Below are positions 1 to 10,589 of a stretch of DNA of 64,000 nt, one piece after another. This stretch comes from Candidatus Bathyarchaeota archaeon. GTDB taxonomy: Archaea; Thermoproteota; Bathyarchaeia; Bathyarchaeales; Bathycorpusculaceae. The notes beneath the pieces are model-generated. The model made no database searches, was not told the DNA's origin, and saw nothing but the letters and a program-made list of their open reading frames with translations. Positions within the stretch are counted from its first letter, which is position 1; every line of letters begins with the position of its first letter. The position numbers were made by a program, and so were the translations under genes. The stretch spans positions 1 through 64,000 of the forward strand of contig CAVTZU010000036.1 of assembly GCA_963739305.1 (NCBI GenBank), written 5' to 3'.

Positions 1-532
1 AAATTCCCATCTGCACCATGAATCTTTCGGATGCTTGTCCGGCGGGCAGATCAAACAATTCACCCTCACATCAGGGTTCAACGTCCTTGCAAAGGCTTTC
101 AGGTAACCAAACCTTACCTTCTTGCACGGAAACTCTGCCAAACCCTTATTCAACCGCGTCTCCTGGGTCCTGCACCGATCTATTCCTAGGACAGCCTTTC
201 TGCTGGTTATCTCAATCGTCTTGAAGGGTTGATCCAGGGCCCAGCTCGATTTTCGCAAAAGATCCAGAATAGTTGCCACGTCCGGTCTTTCGCCGACGTT
301 AAACATCTTCTGCAAACCTTTTGCTTCTATTTCAGCCATCGCTTCCCAGACGCCTGCATCTATCTCTGCTCGCGGCTTCCGTTCCAAACTTCTTCTCAAT
401 CCCCAAAAAGTACAATCCATCAATCCTCCACAAGTTCCGTGTCTGCAAGAAGAAGTAATCCCACAGTTTCTCCTTTTGAATGCCCTTTAACATTTCTCGA
501 TCTTCTGTACTTCCGGCTGGATAGACACTCAT
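1..532 (-). pseudogene. DUF6125-like protein, frameshifted near 370; 3' end runs off the window
   Basis: ORF 332..538 (LWDYFFLQTRNLWRIDGLYFLGIEKKFGTEAA) continues after removing one base near 370 as AEIDAGVWEAMAEIEAK...CRTQETRLNKGLAEFPCKKVR...CLICPPDKHPKDSWCRWEF. Could be a sequencing error in an intact gene. Confidence 0.7.
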
Positions 533-614
533 GAACACGCCACCTTACCAGCAAAGCATTAAACAATGGACTGCTAATTAATCTTTCAAGAATGCCAAAA
601 GACGTGTACGAACG

Positions 615-1412
615 ATGCTGGATCAAGTCATAAACACGGGAATCCTGGGCTTAATCCAGGGTTTAGCCGAATGGCTCCCCATCTCGAGCACCGCCCACCT
701 CAGAATCGCCGAACACTACCTCGGCCTGACAACCACGCCTCTGTTCAACCTGATCCTCCACCTCGGCACGTTAATCGTCGTCGTCTTCTACTTTAGAACA
801 GACGTCAAGAACATCCTCGCTGCCCTCATACATCTCAATTTCAAGACCGAATATGGAAAAATGATACCCCTCATAATCGCCGCAACGATCCCCACAGCAA
901 TAATCGGCTTGCTCTACGTAGAATACCTCGAAGACACACTCGGACAATTCCTTATCATCGGCATTACTTTCATCGTCGGCGCAACCCTCGTGTACTCTTC
1001 GCACTACGGCAAAGAAAAGACAGACACAATCACCTACGCGATAGCAATAGTAATGGGCGTTGCCCAAGGCCTAGCAATATTCCCGGGGCTCTCAAGAAGT
1101 GGAGCAACCATCTCGAGCTCTCTGCTCCTCGGAGTAAAACGCCAAAAAGCCTTCAAGTTCTCGTTTCTTCTTTCAATCCCAGCCATAATCGGCGACACCG
1201 TCGTAGAAGGCTACAAAGACCGCGGGCAACTCGCTCTCTCAGGCATAAGCTCAATAGACGTGCTAGTAGGAGTAGTAGTCGCCATGATCGTCGGCTACAT
1301 CGCCATCAGAATAGTCTCGAAACTGGTTGCCTCAAAGAAATTCCACTACTTTGCAATATACACGTGCATACTCGGAATCATCCTGATCATTCTCACATTA
1401 ACTGGACATTAG
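615..1412 (+). CDS. uppP: Undecaprenyl-diphosphate phosphatase (BacA/UppP)
   Basis: GLIQGLAEWLPISSTAH and PGLSRSGAT motifs; multi-pass membrane protein. Confidence 0.93.
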   Translation: MLDQVINTGILGLIQGLAEWLPISSTAHLRIAEHYLGLTTTPLFNLILHLGTLIVVVFYFRTDVKNILAALIHLNFKTEYGKMIPLIIAATIPTAIIGLLYVEYLEDTLGQFLIIGITFIVGATLVYSSHYGKEKTDTITYAIAIVMGVAQGLAIFPGLSRSGATISSSLLLGVKRQKAFKFSFLLSIPAIIGDTVVEGYKDRGQLALSGISSIDVLVGVVVAMIVGYIAIRIVSKLVASKKFHYFAIYTCILGIILIILTLTGH

Positions 1413-2825
1413 CCACTTAGGCTTACCAACCAAAAACTCCGTCAGAAAAACCGCGAACACTTTATTCTTCTTATAAATCCCTGCAGCCTCTTCGTTGACC
1501 AAAACCTTGAAGCCTTTCTTCTTCAGAAAACGCGAAATTCCATCTGCTACCCCCGCGTTCTTGCCTCCGTCCTTCAACCTCTCACTCAACAATACACAGG
1601 CATCAACGAACTTCCTATGTACCAAAACAACCCATCTACCCGCCTCAACGTAAGGACCACAAACCGTGCTGGGCCTATCCAGATGCTTCTCAACGAACCG
1701 TTCACACTCCTTTTCTTTGTCCAAGGGAGGACCCAAGTGCAGCTTCACAGGCGAGGTACAACAGTCTTCCAACTCGAATACGAACATGCTCAAACCTCTT
1801 TCATCACTCCAAGGGAGATCCCTTAAGACATTAAAATCACTCAACTCCAAAAGCTTACGCAAAGACCGTTGACTCTTGTACAACTGACCCCACAAAACAT
1901 CCGGAACGGCATCAACCCTGCCAAACGTAACAAAAACGAGCTTTGAACCTCGCTTCTTCAACTCCTGCCTGACTTTGGCCACACTGAAAGGAATTGTTTT
2001 CTCAGGCGCGAAAAAGTCACGAATGGGATTCTTCAAAAACGCCTGCGACGCAGCAACAAAAGTGTGAAGTTTTTGCTCCCTTACTGCAGAAGCCACGTTT
2101 CTGGCTCTGTCAACCGGATCAACAACTACCAAGGGTTCGTCAAAAAGCAGATCCAACTCTTTCCTTCTTTCTTTGTAGAACCCTTCAATATCGACTACCA
2201 ATCGTTGCTTGTACCTCGCAAACGCTTTAACAGTCTCCAGAAACGACTTGTAATGCAGGATCAGAAGTTCACAAAGGTACCCGCTGAAGCCGCCTATCTT
2301 GATCTCAGCGCCATAGACGCCTATGCCCTTCATGAACTTCTTCAGCAGCCTTACTTCGCCCCGAATCTCAGTCGTCAGACGGTCGTTAACGTAGTCCGTG
2401 TGAAACGGAGTTCGATCCGTTGCACTAAGCCATTCACCAGGTCTCGTATCGTAGCATGGAACAACATTCACTCTAATCTCCTCGACGAAAGCTTCAAGGT
2501 ACGGGTGCTCGGCAAACCTTTCGACCTGCTTCGAGCCCTTCGTCGCTTCTCTGGCAACTGCCAAACAAATCTCGCCGAGACGCGCACGGGGAATGGAACG
2601 TGGAACCCGCATGAAAATGTCAACATCCGGCTCACCGCTAATCCACGTGTCCTTGGCAACTGACCCTTCAACGCGGACCTTTGCTTCGACGTGAAGCTTC
2701 CGGGAGGCGGCTGCAACTTTCTTCTGAAGCTTCTTCGCCACAGCCTCAATCTTGCTTCGCTCACGTGGATCTGGCGTGACCTGTTTCAAAACGTCGGAAA
2801 GAACGTCCGCCATCTTATCCTTCAT
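1398..2825 (-). CDS. cca: Archaeal class I CCA-adding enzyme
   Basis: GSVAKDTW..EPDVDIF, AEHPY, SATDRTPFH, GVYGAEIKIGGFSGYLCELL, DPVD motifs. Confidence 0.95.
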   Translation of the reverse strand: MKDKMADVLSDVLKQVTPDPRERSKIEAVAKKLQKKVAAASRKLHVEAKVRVEGSVAKDTWISGEPDVDIFMRVPRSIPRARLGEICLAVAREATKGSKQVERFAEHPYLEAFVEEIRVNVVPCYDTRPGEWLSATDRTPFHTDYVNDRLTTEIRGEVRLLKKFMKGIGVYGAEIKIGGFSGYLCELLILHYKSFLETVKAFARYKQRLVVDIEGFYKERRKELDLLFDEPLVVVDPVDRARNVASAVREQKLHTFVAASQAFLKNPIRDFFAPEKTIPFSVAKVRQELKKRGSKLVFVTFGRVDAVPDVLWGQLYKSQRSLRKLLELSDFNVLRDLPWSDERGLSMFVFELEDCCTSPVKLHLGPPLDKEKECERFVEKHLDRPSTVCGPYVEAGRWVVLVHRKFVDACVLLSERLKDGGKNAGVADGISRFLKKKGFKVLVNEEAAGIYKKNKVFAVFLTEFLVGKPKWLMSS

Positions 2826-2838
2826 CGAACGATCCTTC

Positions 2839-3408
2839 TCAGCCAGGCGGACAGACCTCTCTCAACGTCGAATAGATCGGACCGTTCGGCGTCAAGACGC
2901 TCTTTTTCAGCCTCAAACAAGCCGCCCTGATCGTTCCAAAACTGAAGTCTTTCCGATCTGCAATGAACTTCGCCAGCTCCGCCTTGTTTCTTCCGCCGCG
3001 CACCCGTGCGATCGTCAAATGGGGACTGAACCCCTTCGGATCGGGCGCAAAACCCAGAGCCGTTAAGTGCGGTTCCAACTGACTGCTTATGCTTCGCAAA
3101 TCATTTGCTCCCTGAGTAATCCCGGCCCAGACGACCCGCGGATAGCGCGCATCAGGAAAGGCACCGACGCCTTGGATCTTCACGTCAAACGGTGTAAACA
3201 ACGCCTTCTTCATCGCCTCGCAGATCTTGTCAACGTTCTCGATCCTCACGTCGCCAAGAAACCTCATCGTGACGTGGATGTTCTCGGGCTCAACAACCTT
3301 CAAATCCGCACCTGTTTTAACCAGCAACGCCTCGATGTCCGACAACTTCTTCCGTACCAAATCACTATCTAAGTCGAATGCTACGAAGCTCCTGATCATT
3401 TCAGACAA
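2839..3408 (-). CDS. thpR: RNA 2',3'-cyclic phosphodiesterase (2H family, LigT-like)
   Basis: Two HxT motifs (HVTMRFLG, PHLTIAR). Likely start is TTG 3408 or ATG 3399, not 3573, which would overlap the divergent gene. Confidence 0.92.
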   Translation of the reverse strand: MSEMIRSFVAFDLDSDLVRKKLSDIEALLVKTGADLKVVEPENIHVTMRFLGDVRIENVDKICEAMKKALFTPFDVKIQGVGAFPDARYPRVVWAGITQGANDLRSISSQLEPHLTALGFAPDPKGFSPHLTIARVRGGRNKAELAKFIADRKDFSFGTIRAACLRLKKSVLTPNGPIYSTLREVCPPG

Positions 3409-3505
3409 TCTAGACCAACTCACACACGTGTTTTGACTCGTTCCTTTCATAAAGTCTTTTAACACTAAAAAACTATCTGTCAACACAAACAGGCGAGGCA
3501 AAAAG

Positions 3506-4073
3506 ATGAAGGGAGACAAACTAGTTCTCGGACTAACAGGCATGCCAGGTTCAGGCAAGTCATTAGTCGTCAATGTCGCAAAGGAACAAGGCTACGACAT
3601 AATCGTGATGGGCGACATAATCCGCGAAGAAACCAAGAAGCGCAACATGGAGCTGACAAGGGAAAATGTCGGCAAAGTTATGCTCGCGCTCAGACGGGAG
3701 GAAGGACCCGCCGTCATAGCCAAACGATGTCTGCCGAAAATAACAAAATCCAAGAACACCAAAGTGATCGTCGACGGAATAAGAAGCCTCGACGAAATCG
3801 ATGAATTCAAACGGAACCTTCCGAAGTTTACTCATATCGGTGTTCACTCTGGACCCGAAACTCGTTTCCAACGTCTCTTCAACCGTGCCCGCACTGACGA
3901 CCCTAAGGACTGGGAAGACTTTAACGAAAGAGACCAACGGGAACTAAGCGTCGGACTCGGGAATGCAATAGCCATGTGCTGAAAGGATGATCTTAAATGA
4001 GGGGCCAATCAACGCCGTAAAAGTCGACATAAGGGAAGCCCTTGAAACGGTTGAACAAGATTGGATGACATAA
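3506..4073 (+). CDS. UPF0200 / CoaE-like P-loop nucleotide kinase, apparent +1 frameshift at ~3977
   Basis: GLTGMPGSGKS Walker A, VDGIRS and RDQRELSVGLGNAIAM. The ORF stops at 3982, but skipping T3977 gives AERMILNEG...DWMT* ending at 4073, matching the usual family C-terminus. Confidence 0.8.
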
Positions 4074-4456
4074 CCGTCCACGTCGAAGTGACGATCAACC
4101 CGACTGAAAGTGAGGACAAAGTGCGCCAAGCCGTTGAAAACATTTTCGGTCCAATGAAAACGCAAACTAAACCATTGCACAAAGGGCATCTACTGGTTGC
4201 GGACGCCAATGGACAAGAATCCCTAACCAAACTGCGTGGTCTGCTTCAAAGAGAACATATCCGTGCGGCTGCAAGAACAGTCCTCATCCACGGGCTAGAC
4301 TCAAAATCCCTCACCTTCTGCTTGAACAAGCAAGTCGCCTTCGCTGGACACGTCTCCTTCGCAACCGAACAAAACGAATCACCTCTTGGCCCCATACAAG
4401 TCGAAATCAAAAAAGAAAACCCAAGACAGATAATCGACTATTTAACGGCCTACTAG
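4061..4456 (+). CDS. UPF0201 (DUF54) putative RNA-binding protein
   Basis: INPTESEDKVRQAVENIF, LNKQVAFAGHVSF and SPLGPI motifs; usual neighbour of UPF0200. Confidence 0.88.
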   Translation: MDDITVHVEVTINPTESEDKVRQAVENIFGPMKTQTKPLHKGHLLVADANGQESLTKLRGLLQREHIRAAARTVLIHGLDSKSLTFCLNKQVAFAGHVSFATEQNESPLGPIQVEIKKENPRQIIDYLTAY

Positions 4457-4463
4457 GAGCGCA

Positions 4464-5483
4464 ATGATGAGCGTGAATGAAAAGGCATCGATAACAGAAA
4501 GAGGCGCTGTCCTGCTTGGAAAACACGTCGCCTGCGACGCATACAACGAAACTCGCCCAATACGCGTGGTCACTCACGCTCACGCCGACCACATGGCTGG
4601 CCTACCCCAAAGCCTGAAGAAAAGCGCGAAAATCCTCATGACCCGTGGCACGAAAGACCTGATCGACGCCATGCAGGGAAAGAGCTATCTCCGTCGCGGC
4701 AACGTCCAACCTGTCGATTACGGTCAAACCGTCCAATACGAAGACGAAAAAATCACCCTTTACAAAGCCGACCACATCTTAGGCGCCGCACAGGTCATGG
4801 TCGAAGACAAAGAAGGTAAACGCATCGTCTTCACCGGCGACTTTCGCATCGACGAGACCCCAATCCTCGAATGCGACATTCTAGTCATCGAGGCCACCTA
4901 CGGAAGCCCACACTGTCGTCGAAGATTCCACAAAGATACTCATGACTCACTTATCTCACTGGTTGAACGTGGACTCAAGCAAGGCCCAGTCTACATCTTC
5001 GGCTACCACGGCAAAATTCAAGAAGTCATGCAAATCCTCAACAACGCCAACATCAACGTACCTTTCCTCGTCCCCGAGAATGTCTACAACATCAGCCGTG
5101 TCTGTGAAAAACACAACATGCGCCTCGGCAAACTCATCCTCCAAAACGAACTTCAAGCCTTCACCCTCCACGAGAAACAGGACCCCTACATTGGCTTCTA
5201 CCACATGCACTCTCGAAACCGAATCGGCTTAGACAACTTCAGGATATGCGTAAGCGGATGGGAATTCTACAGCGCAACGCGGCAGACCGGCGAAAAAGAA
5301 TACCTGGTGGCCCTAAGCGACCATTCCGACTTCGATGGACTCCTCGAATACGTCCGAAGGTCAAGACCCAGACTCGTCATAACCGACAACTACCGCGTCC
5401 ACTACGGCGAAACACTCGCCAAAGAAATCCACAAGCATCTAGGAATTCCAGCAGTTGCACAACCCAAGAACAGACTTTTCTAG
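4464..5483 (+). CDS. Metallo-beta-lactamase-fold nuclease (beta-CASP-like)
   Basis: THAHADH, HILGA, FTGDF, IEATYG and C-terminal LSDHSD. Confidence 0.85.
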   Translation: MMSVNEKASITERGAVLLGKHVACDAYNETRPIRVVTHAHADHMAGLPQSLKKSAKILMTRGTKDLIDAMQGKSYLRRGNVQPVDYGQTVQYEDEKITLYKADHILGAAQVMVEDKEGKRIVFTGDFRIDETPILECDILVIEATYGSPHCRRRFHKDTHDSLISLVERGLKQGPVYIFGYHGKIQEVMQILNNANINVPFLVPENVYNISRVCEKHNMRLGKLILQNELQAFTLHEKQDPYIGFYHMHSRNRIGLDNFRICVSGWEFYSATRQTGEKEYLVALSDHSDFDGLLEYVRRSRPRLVITDNYRVHYGETLAKEIHKHLGIPAVAQPKNRLF

Positions 5484-5589
5484 AAAGGGACTGTGGTCGT
5501 ACACGGTTGACCCACGCTTAGCCGCGGACTCGCAACAGGCTTAAAAACCCAAAAAATCAACCATCTAGGTACATCAAGAAGGAACAAAC

Positions 5590-6867
5590 ATGCCCAAATC
5601 CTCTCAACTCTCAGGCTTCTACAAGTTAAGCCCGAAACAACGCTTAGCCCTCATCAAGGAATGCGCCGACCTGACCGAAGAAGAAGCAAACCTCCTCCAC
5701 GACACCGGTTCGTTGCCACTGGAGGTAGCCGACCGAATGGTGGAGAACGTCGTCGGTGCCATCCCAATCCCATTGGGTATCGCGGTCAACTTCCTCATCA
5801 ACAACAAAGACTACCTGATACCTATGGCCATCGAAGAACCATCAGTAATCGCAGGAGCCAGCTACGCCGCCAAAATGACCCGTGACGGCGGAGGCATCCA
5901 CACAACAAGCACGGCACCGGTGATGATCGGACAAATCCAAGCCATTAACATCAAAGACCCATACAGCGCTCGTATGCAAGTACTATTGGCCAAAGACGAA
6001 ATCCTCAAAACGGCCAACGAACAAGACCCAGTTCTCGTCAAAGCCGGCGGTGGAGCAGTAGACCTCGACGCCAAAGTAATTCACACTACCCAAGGCTCCA
6101 TGCTCATCACCGAATTGCACGTGGACTGCCGCGACGCGATGGGCGCAAACGCCGTCAACACAATGAACGAGGCCGTGGCTCCACTTATTGAGCGCATTAC
6201 AAATGGACAAGTCCTCCTCCGCATAATCAGCAACCTCGCCACCAAACGCCTCGCGCGAGCATCCTGCATAGTCCCCAAACAATCAGTCGGCGGAGAACAA
6301 GTCGTGGACGGCATAGTCAACGCCAGCGCTTTCGCAGCTGCAGACCCCTATCGCGCTGCAACACACAACAAAGGCATAATGAACGGGACTATCGCCGTCA
6401 TAATTGCTACTGGGAACGACCATCGCGCCATCGAAGCCGGAGCGCACGCCTACGCCGCACGGACCGGACACTACACCTCGCTGTCAACATGGGAAAAAGA
6501 TAAGAACGGCGACCTCGTCGGCACCCTCGAACTACCAATGGCCGTCGGACTAATCGGCGGAGCAGTCAGAACCCACCCCACGGCGCGCATCGTAGTCAAA
6601 ATCCTAGGCGTGAAAACCGCCAACGAACTCGCCGAAGTCTGCACAGCCGTCGGGCTCGCCCAAAACCTAGCGGCACTCCGCGCGCTAGCACATGAAGGAA
6701 TACAGCGAGGACACATGGCACTCCATGCACGTAACATCGCTATAACAGCTGGAGCCACCGACGAACAAATCGAAGCAATCGCTGCCAAAATGATCGAAGA
6801 AAGAAAAATCAGAGTGGACCGAGCCAAAGAACTCCTCGACAAGTACAAAATCACTGGAAAAATCTAA
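5590..6867 (+). CDS. mvaA: Hydroxymethylglutaryl-CoA reductase, class II
   Basis: ENVVG, MAIEEPSVIA, DAMGANAVN, RAATHNKGIMNG, EGIQRGHM motifs. Confidence 0.93.
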   Translation: MPKSSQLSGFYKLSPKQRLALIKECADLTEEEANLLHDTGSLPLEVADRMVENVVGAIPIPLGIAVNFLINNKDYLIPMAIEEPSVIAGASYAAKMTRDGGGIHTTSTAPVMIGQIQAINIKDPYSARMQVLLAKDEILKTANEQDPVLVKAGGGAVDLDAKVIHTTQGSMLITELHVDCRDAMGANAVNTMNEAVAPLIERITNGQVLLRIISNLATKRLARASCIVPKQSVGGEQVVDGIVNASAFAAADPYRAATHNKGIMNGTIAVIIATGNDHRAIEAGAHAYAARTGHYTSLSTWEKDKNGDLVGTLELPMAVGLIGGAVRTHPTARIVVKILGVKTANELAEVCTAVGLAQNLAALRALAHEGIQRGHMALHARNIAITAGATDEQIEAIAAKMIEERKIRVDRAKELLDKYKITGKI

Positions 6868-6905
6868 AAAGCCACTCCGACCGCTTCTACACACGGCGAC
6901 AAACC

Positions 6906-7793
6906 GTGAAAATAATTCCAGGACCAGCTTCAAAACAACTTGGACAAAACCTAGCTGAATACCTCAACACCAAGCCCACACCTGTCTTCCTGAAAACCTT
7001 CCCAGACGGCGAAACCTACATTCGCTTCGAAGCAACCACCTTCAAAGACGAAGAAGTTGTCATCATCCAAACCACCAGCCCGCCTCAGGACCAAAAGCTA
7101 ATACAGCTAATGCTCATGGCTGATGACGCGAAAGACATGGAAGCATACAAGATAACTGCTGTCATACCGTACTTAGCCTACGGTCGTCAAGACAAGCGCT
7201 TCTTGCCAGGAGAAGCGTTCAGCATAAAAACGATCTTGAAAATCCTCCAAGCCTGTGGCGTAAACAAGATAATCACGATTAATGCCCACAGCCCAACAGT
7301 TCTCAAGAACTTCAGCATCCCAATAATCGACCTGTCGGCCATCCCTCTCTTAGCCGAATACTTCAAAATCCACAAACTTACTGTAAACCCGTTGTCACTC
7401 TCTATGGGCAAGAAAGCTATCCGCGTGGCCCAGGAAGCTGACAATATACTTCATGGTGGCTACGACTACGTAGAGTCAAAAAGAGACGTCAAAACAGGTA
7501 ATGTGACGCTTGAGGACAAGCCCTTAGCAGTCAAGAACCGCGACGTGATAATCTTCGACGACATCATAAGCAGCGGGGGGACAATGGCCAAAGCCGTCAA
7601 AATGGTGAAAGAAAAAGGAGCCAACAAAGTCTATAGCGCCTGTGTCCACCCACTTCTCATCGGAGATTCATTGAAACGCATTATCGAAAATGGAGCTGAA
7701 GAAATAATCGGCACCGACGCAGTCGAAAGCAAAGTAAGCAAAGTCTCAATCGCCTCGCTCATAGGCAAAACGCTCACGCAGCGAGATGCCTGA
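6906..7793 (+). CDS. prs: Ribose-phosphate pyrophosphokinase
   Basis: FPDGETY, PYLAYGRQDKRF and the PRPP loop IIFDDIISSGGT. Confidence 0.93.
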   Translation: MKIIPGPASKQLGQNLAEYLNTKPTPVFLKTFPDGETYIRFEATTFKDEEVVIIQTTSPPQDQKLIQLMLMADDAKDMEAYKITAVIPYLAYGRQDKRFLPGEAFSIKTILKILQACGVNKIITINAHSPTVLKNFSIPIIDLSAIPLLAEYFKIHKLTVNPLSLSMGKKAIRVAQEADNILHGGYDYVESKRDVKTGNVTLEDKPLAVKNRDVIIFDDIISSGGTMAKAVKMVKEKGANKVYSACVHPLLIGDSLKRIIENGAEEIIGTDAVESKVSKVSIASLIGKTLTQRDA

Positions 7794-7795
7794 GC

Positions 7796-8833
7796 GTGCC
7801 AAAACTCTTCTTCTTCCTCTCAGGTGAACACGAAGCCCTCCCCATCGCCGAACTCAAAGCCGTACTCGAAACCGAGGGCTTCGAATTCAGAGTCAGCGGA
7901 AAACTCGACCAGGTGCTCCGACTTGAAGCTGACCCAGACTGCATTCAAGCCTTGAAAAGAAGGGCAGCATTCACCAGACTTTGTGCTCTGGAACTGTTCA
8001 CGTGCGAAGCCGATGTATCCAACATCATCAGATTCCTGTATGATGCCCATCTTACGCGAGTCTTGGAAGAAAACGAAAGTTTCGTTGTCCGAATCAAGCA
8101 CGTGAAAACGCATTCTGCTGATATAGATGGAATGGTACTTGAACAAAAACTGGGAGAGCAAATACTCAAGATTGTGCCAAAATCCAAAGTCAAACTTAGA
8201 AATCCGAACAAAACCTTTCTTGGAGTATTAACAGATGAAAAACTGGTCTTCGGCCTTAAACTCGCAGACATTCCCGCGGCACCCTTCGTTGAAAGACGCC
8301 CCAGAAAACGCCCATTCTTTCACCCTTCCGCGATGCAAGCCAAACTCGCCAGGTGTATGGTCAACCTTGCGCATGCAAAAATAGGCGACCTGCTTCTCGA
8401 CCCGTTCTGCGGAACAGGAACAATGCTGATTGAGGCAGGTCTGATCGGCTGCCGCCCAATAGGGTTGGACGTTCAGCGTCGAATGGTAAAAGGAACTGTA
8501 AGAAACATGATTCACTTTGGCGTCAAACCCGAAGCCGTAGTCCTTGCCGACTCAAGATCTCTTCCTGTTAGCAAGATCGATTGCGTCGTCACCGATCCGC
8601 CTTACGGTACTTCTTCAACGACACTGAGACGCTCCACTAAACAGATCATAGAAGAAATATTGGCAACGGTCCATGCACTGCTCAGCAAAGGGAGGAGAAT
8701 CTGTATTGCGGCACCGAAAAAACTGGGCATTGTTGAATCAGGGACACGTCTGGGCTATAAGCATATAGAGTCATATTTTGTCTATGTGCACAGAAGTCTA
8801 ACTAGAGAAATCGTGGTGTTTCAAAAGGAGTAA
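7796..8833 (+). CDS. THUMP-domain tRNA (guanine(10)-N2) methyltransferase (Trm11/TrmG10-like)
   Basis: LSGEH N-terminus, RPFFHPSAM, LDPFCGTG, TDPPYG, YVHRSLTR. Confidence 0.88.
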   Translation: MPKLFFFLSGEHEALPIAELKAVLETEGFEFRVSGKLDQVLRLEADPDCIQALKRRAAFTRLCALELFTCEADVSNIIRFLYDAHLTRVLEENESFVVRIKHVKTHSADIDGMVLEQKLGEQILKIVPKSKVKLRNPNKTFLGVLTDEKLVFGLKLADIPAAPFVERRPRKRPFFHPSAMQAKLARCMVNLAHAKIGDLLLDPFCGTGTMLIEAGLIGCRPIGLDVQRRMVKGTVRNMIHFGVKPEAVVLADSRSLPVSKIDCVVTDPPYGTSSTTLRRSTKQIIEEILATVHALLSKGRRICIAAPKKLGIVESGTRLGYKHIESYFVYVHRSLTREIVVFQKE

Positions 8834-8840
8834 GTCGCAT

Positions 8841-9761
8841 TTGACACTGCAAATCATTTTTCTGGGCACGGCTGCAGGCGTCCCAACAAGAAGAAGGAAT
8901 CTGCCGGGAATACTTCTGCAACGCGAAGGAGAGCAGCTCCTCTTCGATTGTGGCGAAGGCATCCAAAGACAAATACTCATCGCCAGAACCAACTTCAACA
9001 AGATAACAAAAATCTTCGTTACCCACTTGCACGGCGACCACGTCATGGGATTGCCAGGTCTACTTCAAACCATGGCACTTATGAACAGAGAAAAAAAACT
9101 CGACATTTACGGACCCCCAAAAATCAGACAGTTTCTGCAAGGAATCAGCGAGACAGTCCAATTCATCCTCACTTTCAACGTTGAGATACATGAAATCAAG
9201 AAAGCAGGCATCGTCTGCGTGGAAAAGGACTACACGGTACGCGCTGTGAGGTCGAAGCACGTGTTAACAAGCTATGCATATGCTTACCTTGAAAAGCCGC
9301 GTCCCGGAACTTTCTACCCAGAAAGGGCAAAAGCCCTGAACGTGCCTGAAGGACCTCTTTGGTCAAAGCTTCAAAAAGGACGAAACGTCAAGCTGCCCGA
9401 AGGGGCAACCATAAGACCCGAAGACGTGATAGGCCCCTCTAGGCAAGGTAGGAAAGTGGTTTACACAGGGGACACACGGCCTTTCAAGCTTCTGGAGAAA
9501 TTCGCTTTCGGCGCGGATGTACTGATACACGATAGCACGTTAGGTGATGAACTGGTGAAAAGGGCACGTGAATATGGACACTCGACCGTTGCTCAAGCAG
9601 CGAAAACCGCGAAGAACGCTCTGGTCAAGAAACTAGTTCTTTCACATATAAGCCAAAGGTACGAAGACATGAACAAGTGGCTCAATCAAGCACGAAAAAT
9701 CTTCAAGAACACCATTATCGCAGAAGACTTCATGAGAATAGAAGTGCCCCTACTGGAGTAA
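8841..9761 (+). CDS. rnz: Ribonuclease Z
   Basis: FLGTAAGVPT, FDCGEG, THLHGDH, GP exosite arm, TGDT, GHST, LSHISQRY. Confidence 0.95.
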   Translation: MTLQIIFLGTAAGVPTRRRNLPGILLQREGEQLLFDCGEGIQRQILIARTNFNKITKIFVTHLHGDHVMGLPGLLQTMALMNREKKLDIYGPPKIRQFLQGISETVQFILTFNVEIHEIKKAGIVCVEKDYTVRAVRSKHVLTSYAYAYLEKPRPGTFYPERAKALNVPEGPLWSKLQKGRNVKLPEGATIRPEDVIGPSRQGRKVVYTGDTRPFKLLEKFAFGADVLIHDSTLGDELVKRAREYGHSTVAQAAKTAKNALVKKLVLSHISQRYEDMNKWLNQARKIFKNTIIAEDFMRIEVPLLE

Positions 9762-10538
9762 CTCCTTCATTTTCCTTACGCTCTCCTCAATATGTTCAAT
9801 CGACTCAACAATGACAAGCCCGTTGAAGTTTGTCTTCTTGAAAAGTTCACCAAAGTTCTTCCAATTGATGTTCCCGTACCCTATCCCCAAGTGTTGATCC
9901 GTTTGCCCGAAATTGTCATGCGCGTGCACGTGTGCGATTCTGTCAGGAAAAGCTTTCAGAAAACCATCCACTTCTCCATATAAATTGGCGTGTCCAGTGT
10001 CTAGTACCAGTCCCACTTCTTCATCTAGCTCATCATAGAACTTCTGAAAGTCAGCAACGTTTTTCAAAACGAAAGACCCCATGATATTTTCGATGCCAAT
10101 CTTCAGATCATGTTGTCTCGCAAATCTGAGGAGTAGTCTGCAGCTTTCTAGATTCCTCATCCAGTCCTTGCCAGGATAGAACACGCTGATGGCTGATCTT
10201 GATCCGGGATGAAAAATCCACATTTTGCACTCTAGGTCAGCTGCGTTGACAATCGATTCCTTCAAGCGTTTCAACATAGCTTTCAAGAGATGGTCAGATT
10301 CTAAGGCAATGTTAATTCCCGCGAAAGGCGCATGCACCGCAAACTCCAGACCGTAAGCGCTGCTAACATCTTTCAGTTCTGCAACTCTTTTCTTGTCCAG
10401 AGCATGTTCGCCGTCATCAACAAGCTCGATATACTTAACGTATTGTCGAGGTACTTCCTGTACCATTTTCTCGAAAGGCTCGCCCAAAGAGTAGAGCATC
10501 GACAAACCGATCTTGAAATCTGCCAAACGCAACTCCAC
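9750..10538 (-). CDS. Sugar phosphate isomerase/epimerase family (xylose-isomerase-like TIM barrel)
   Basis: VHAPF, FHPG, IEN, LDTGHA, HVHAHDN..DQHLGIG.G motifs. Confidence 0.85.
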   Translation of the reverse strand: MELRLADFKIGLSMLYSLGEPFEKMVQEVPRQYVKYIELVDDGEHALDKKRVAELKDVSSAYGLEFAVHAPFAGINIALESDHLLKAMLKRLKESIVNAADLECKMWIFHPGSRSAISVFYPGKDWMRNLESCRLLLRFARQHDLKIGIENIMGSFVLKNVADFQKFYDELDEEVGLVLDTGHANLYGEVDGFLKAFPDRIAHVHAHDNFGQTDQHLGIGYGNINWKNFGELFKKTNFNGLVIVESIEHIEESVRKMKELLQ

Positions 10539-10589
10539 CGGCTTTTAAGAAATCTAGAACAAGACTCTCACGCTTAATAAAGTACCGTG

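Noticed and set aside
3974-3982. Cys-TGA ending as possible selenocysteine read-through
   Set aside because: In-frame read-through hits another TGA within a few codons, while the +1 frame restores the family C-terminus
5487-5540. GC-rich spacer starting GGGACTGTGG, superficially tRNA-like
   Set aside because: No T-loop GTTCRA and no cloverleaf
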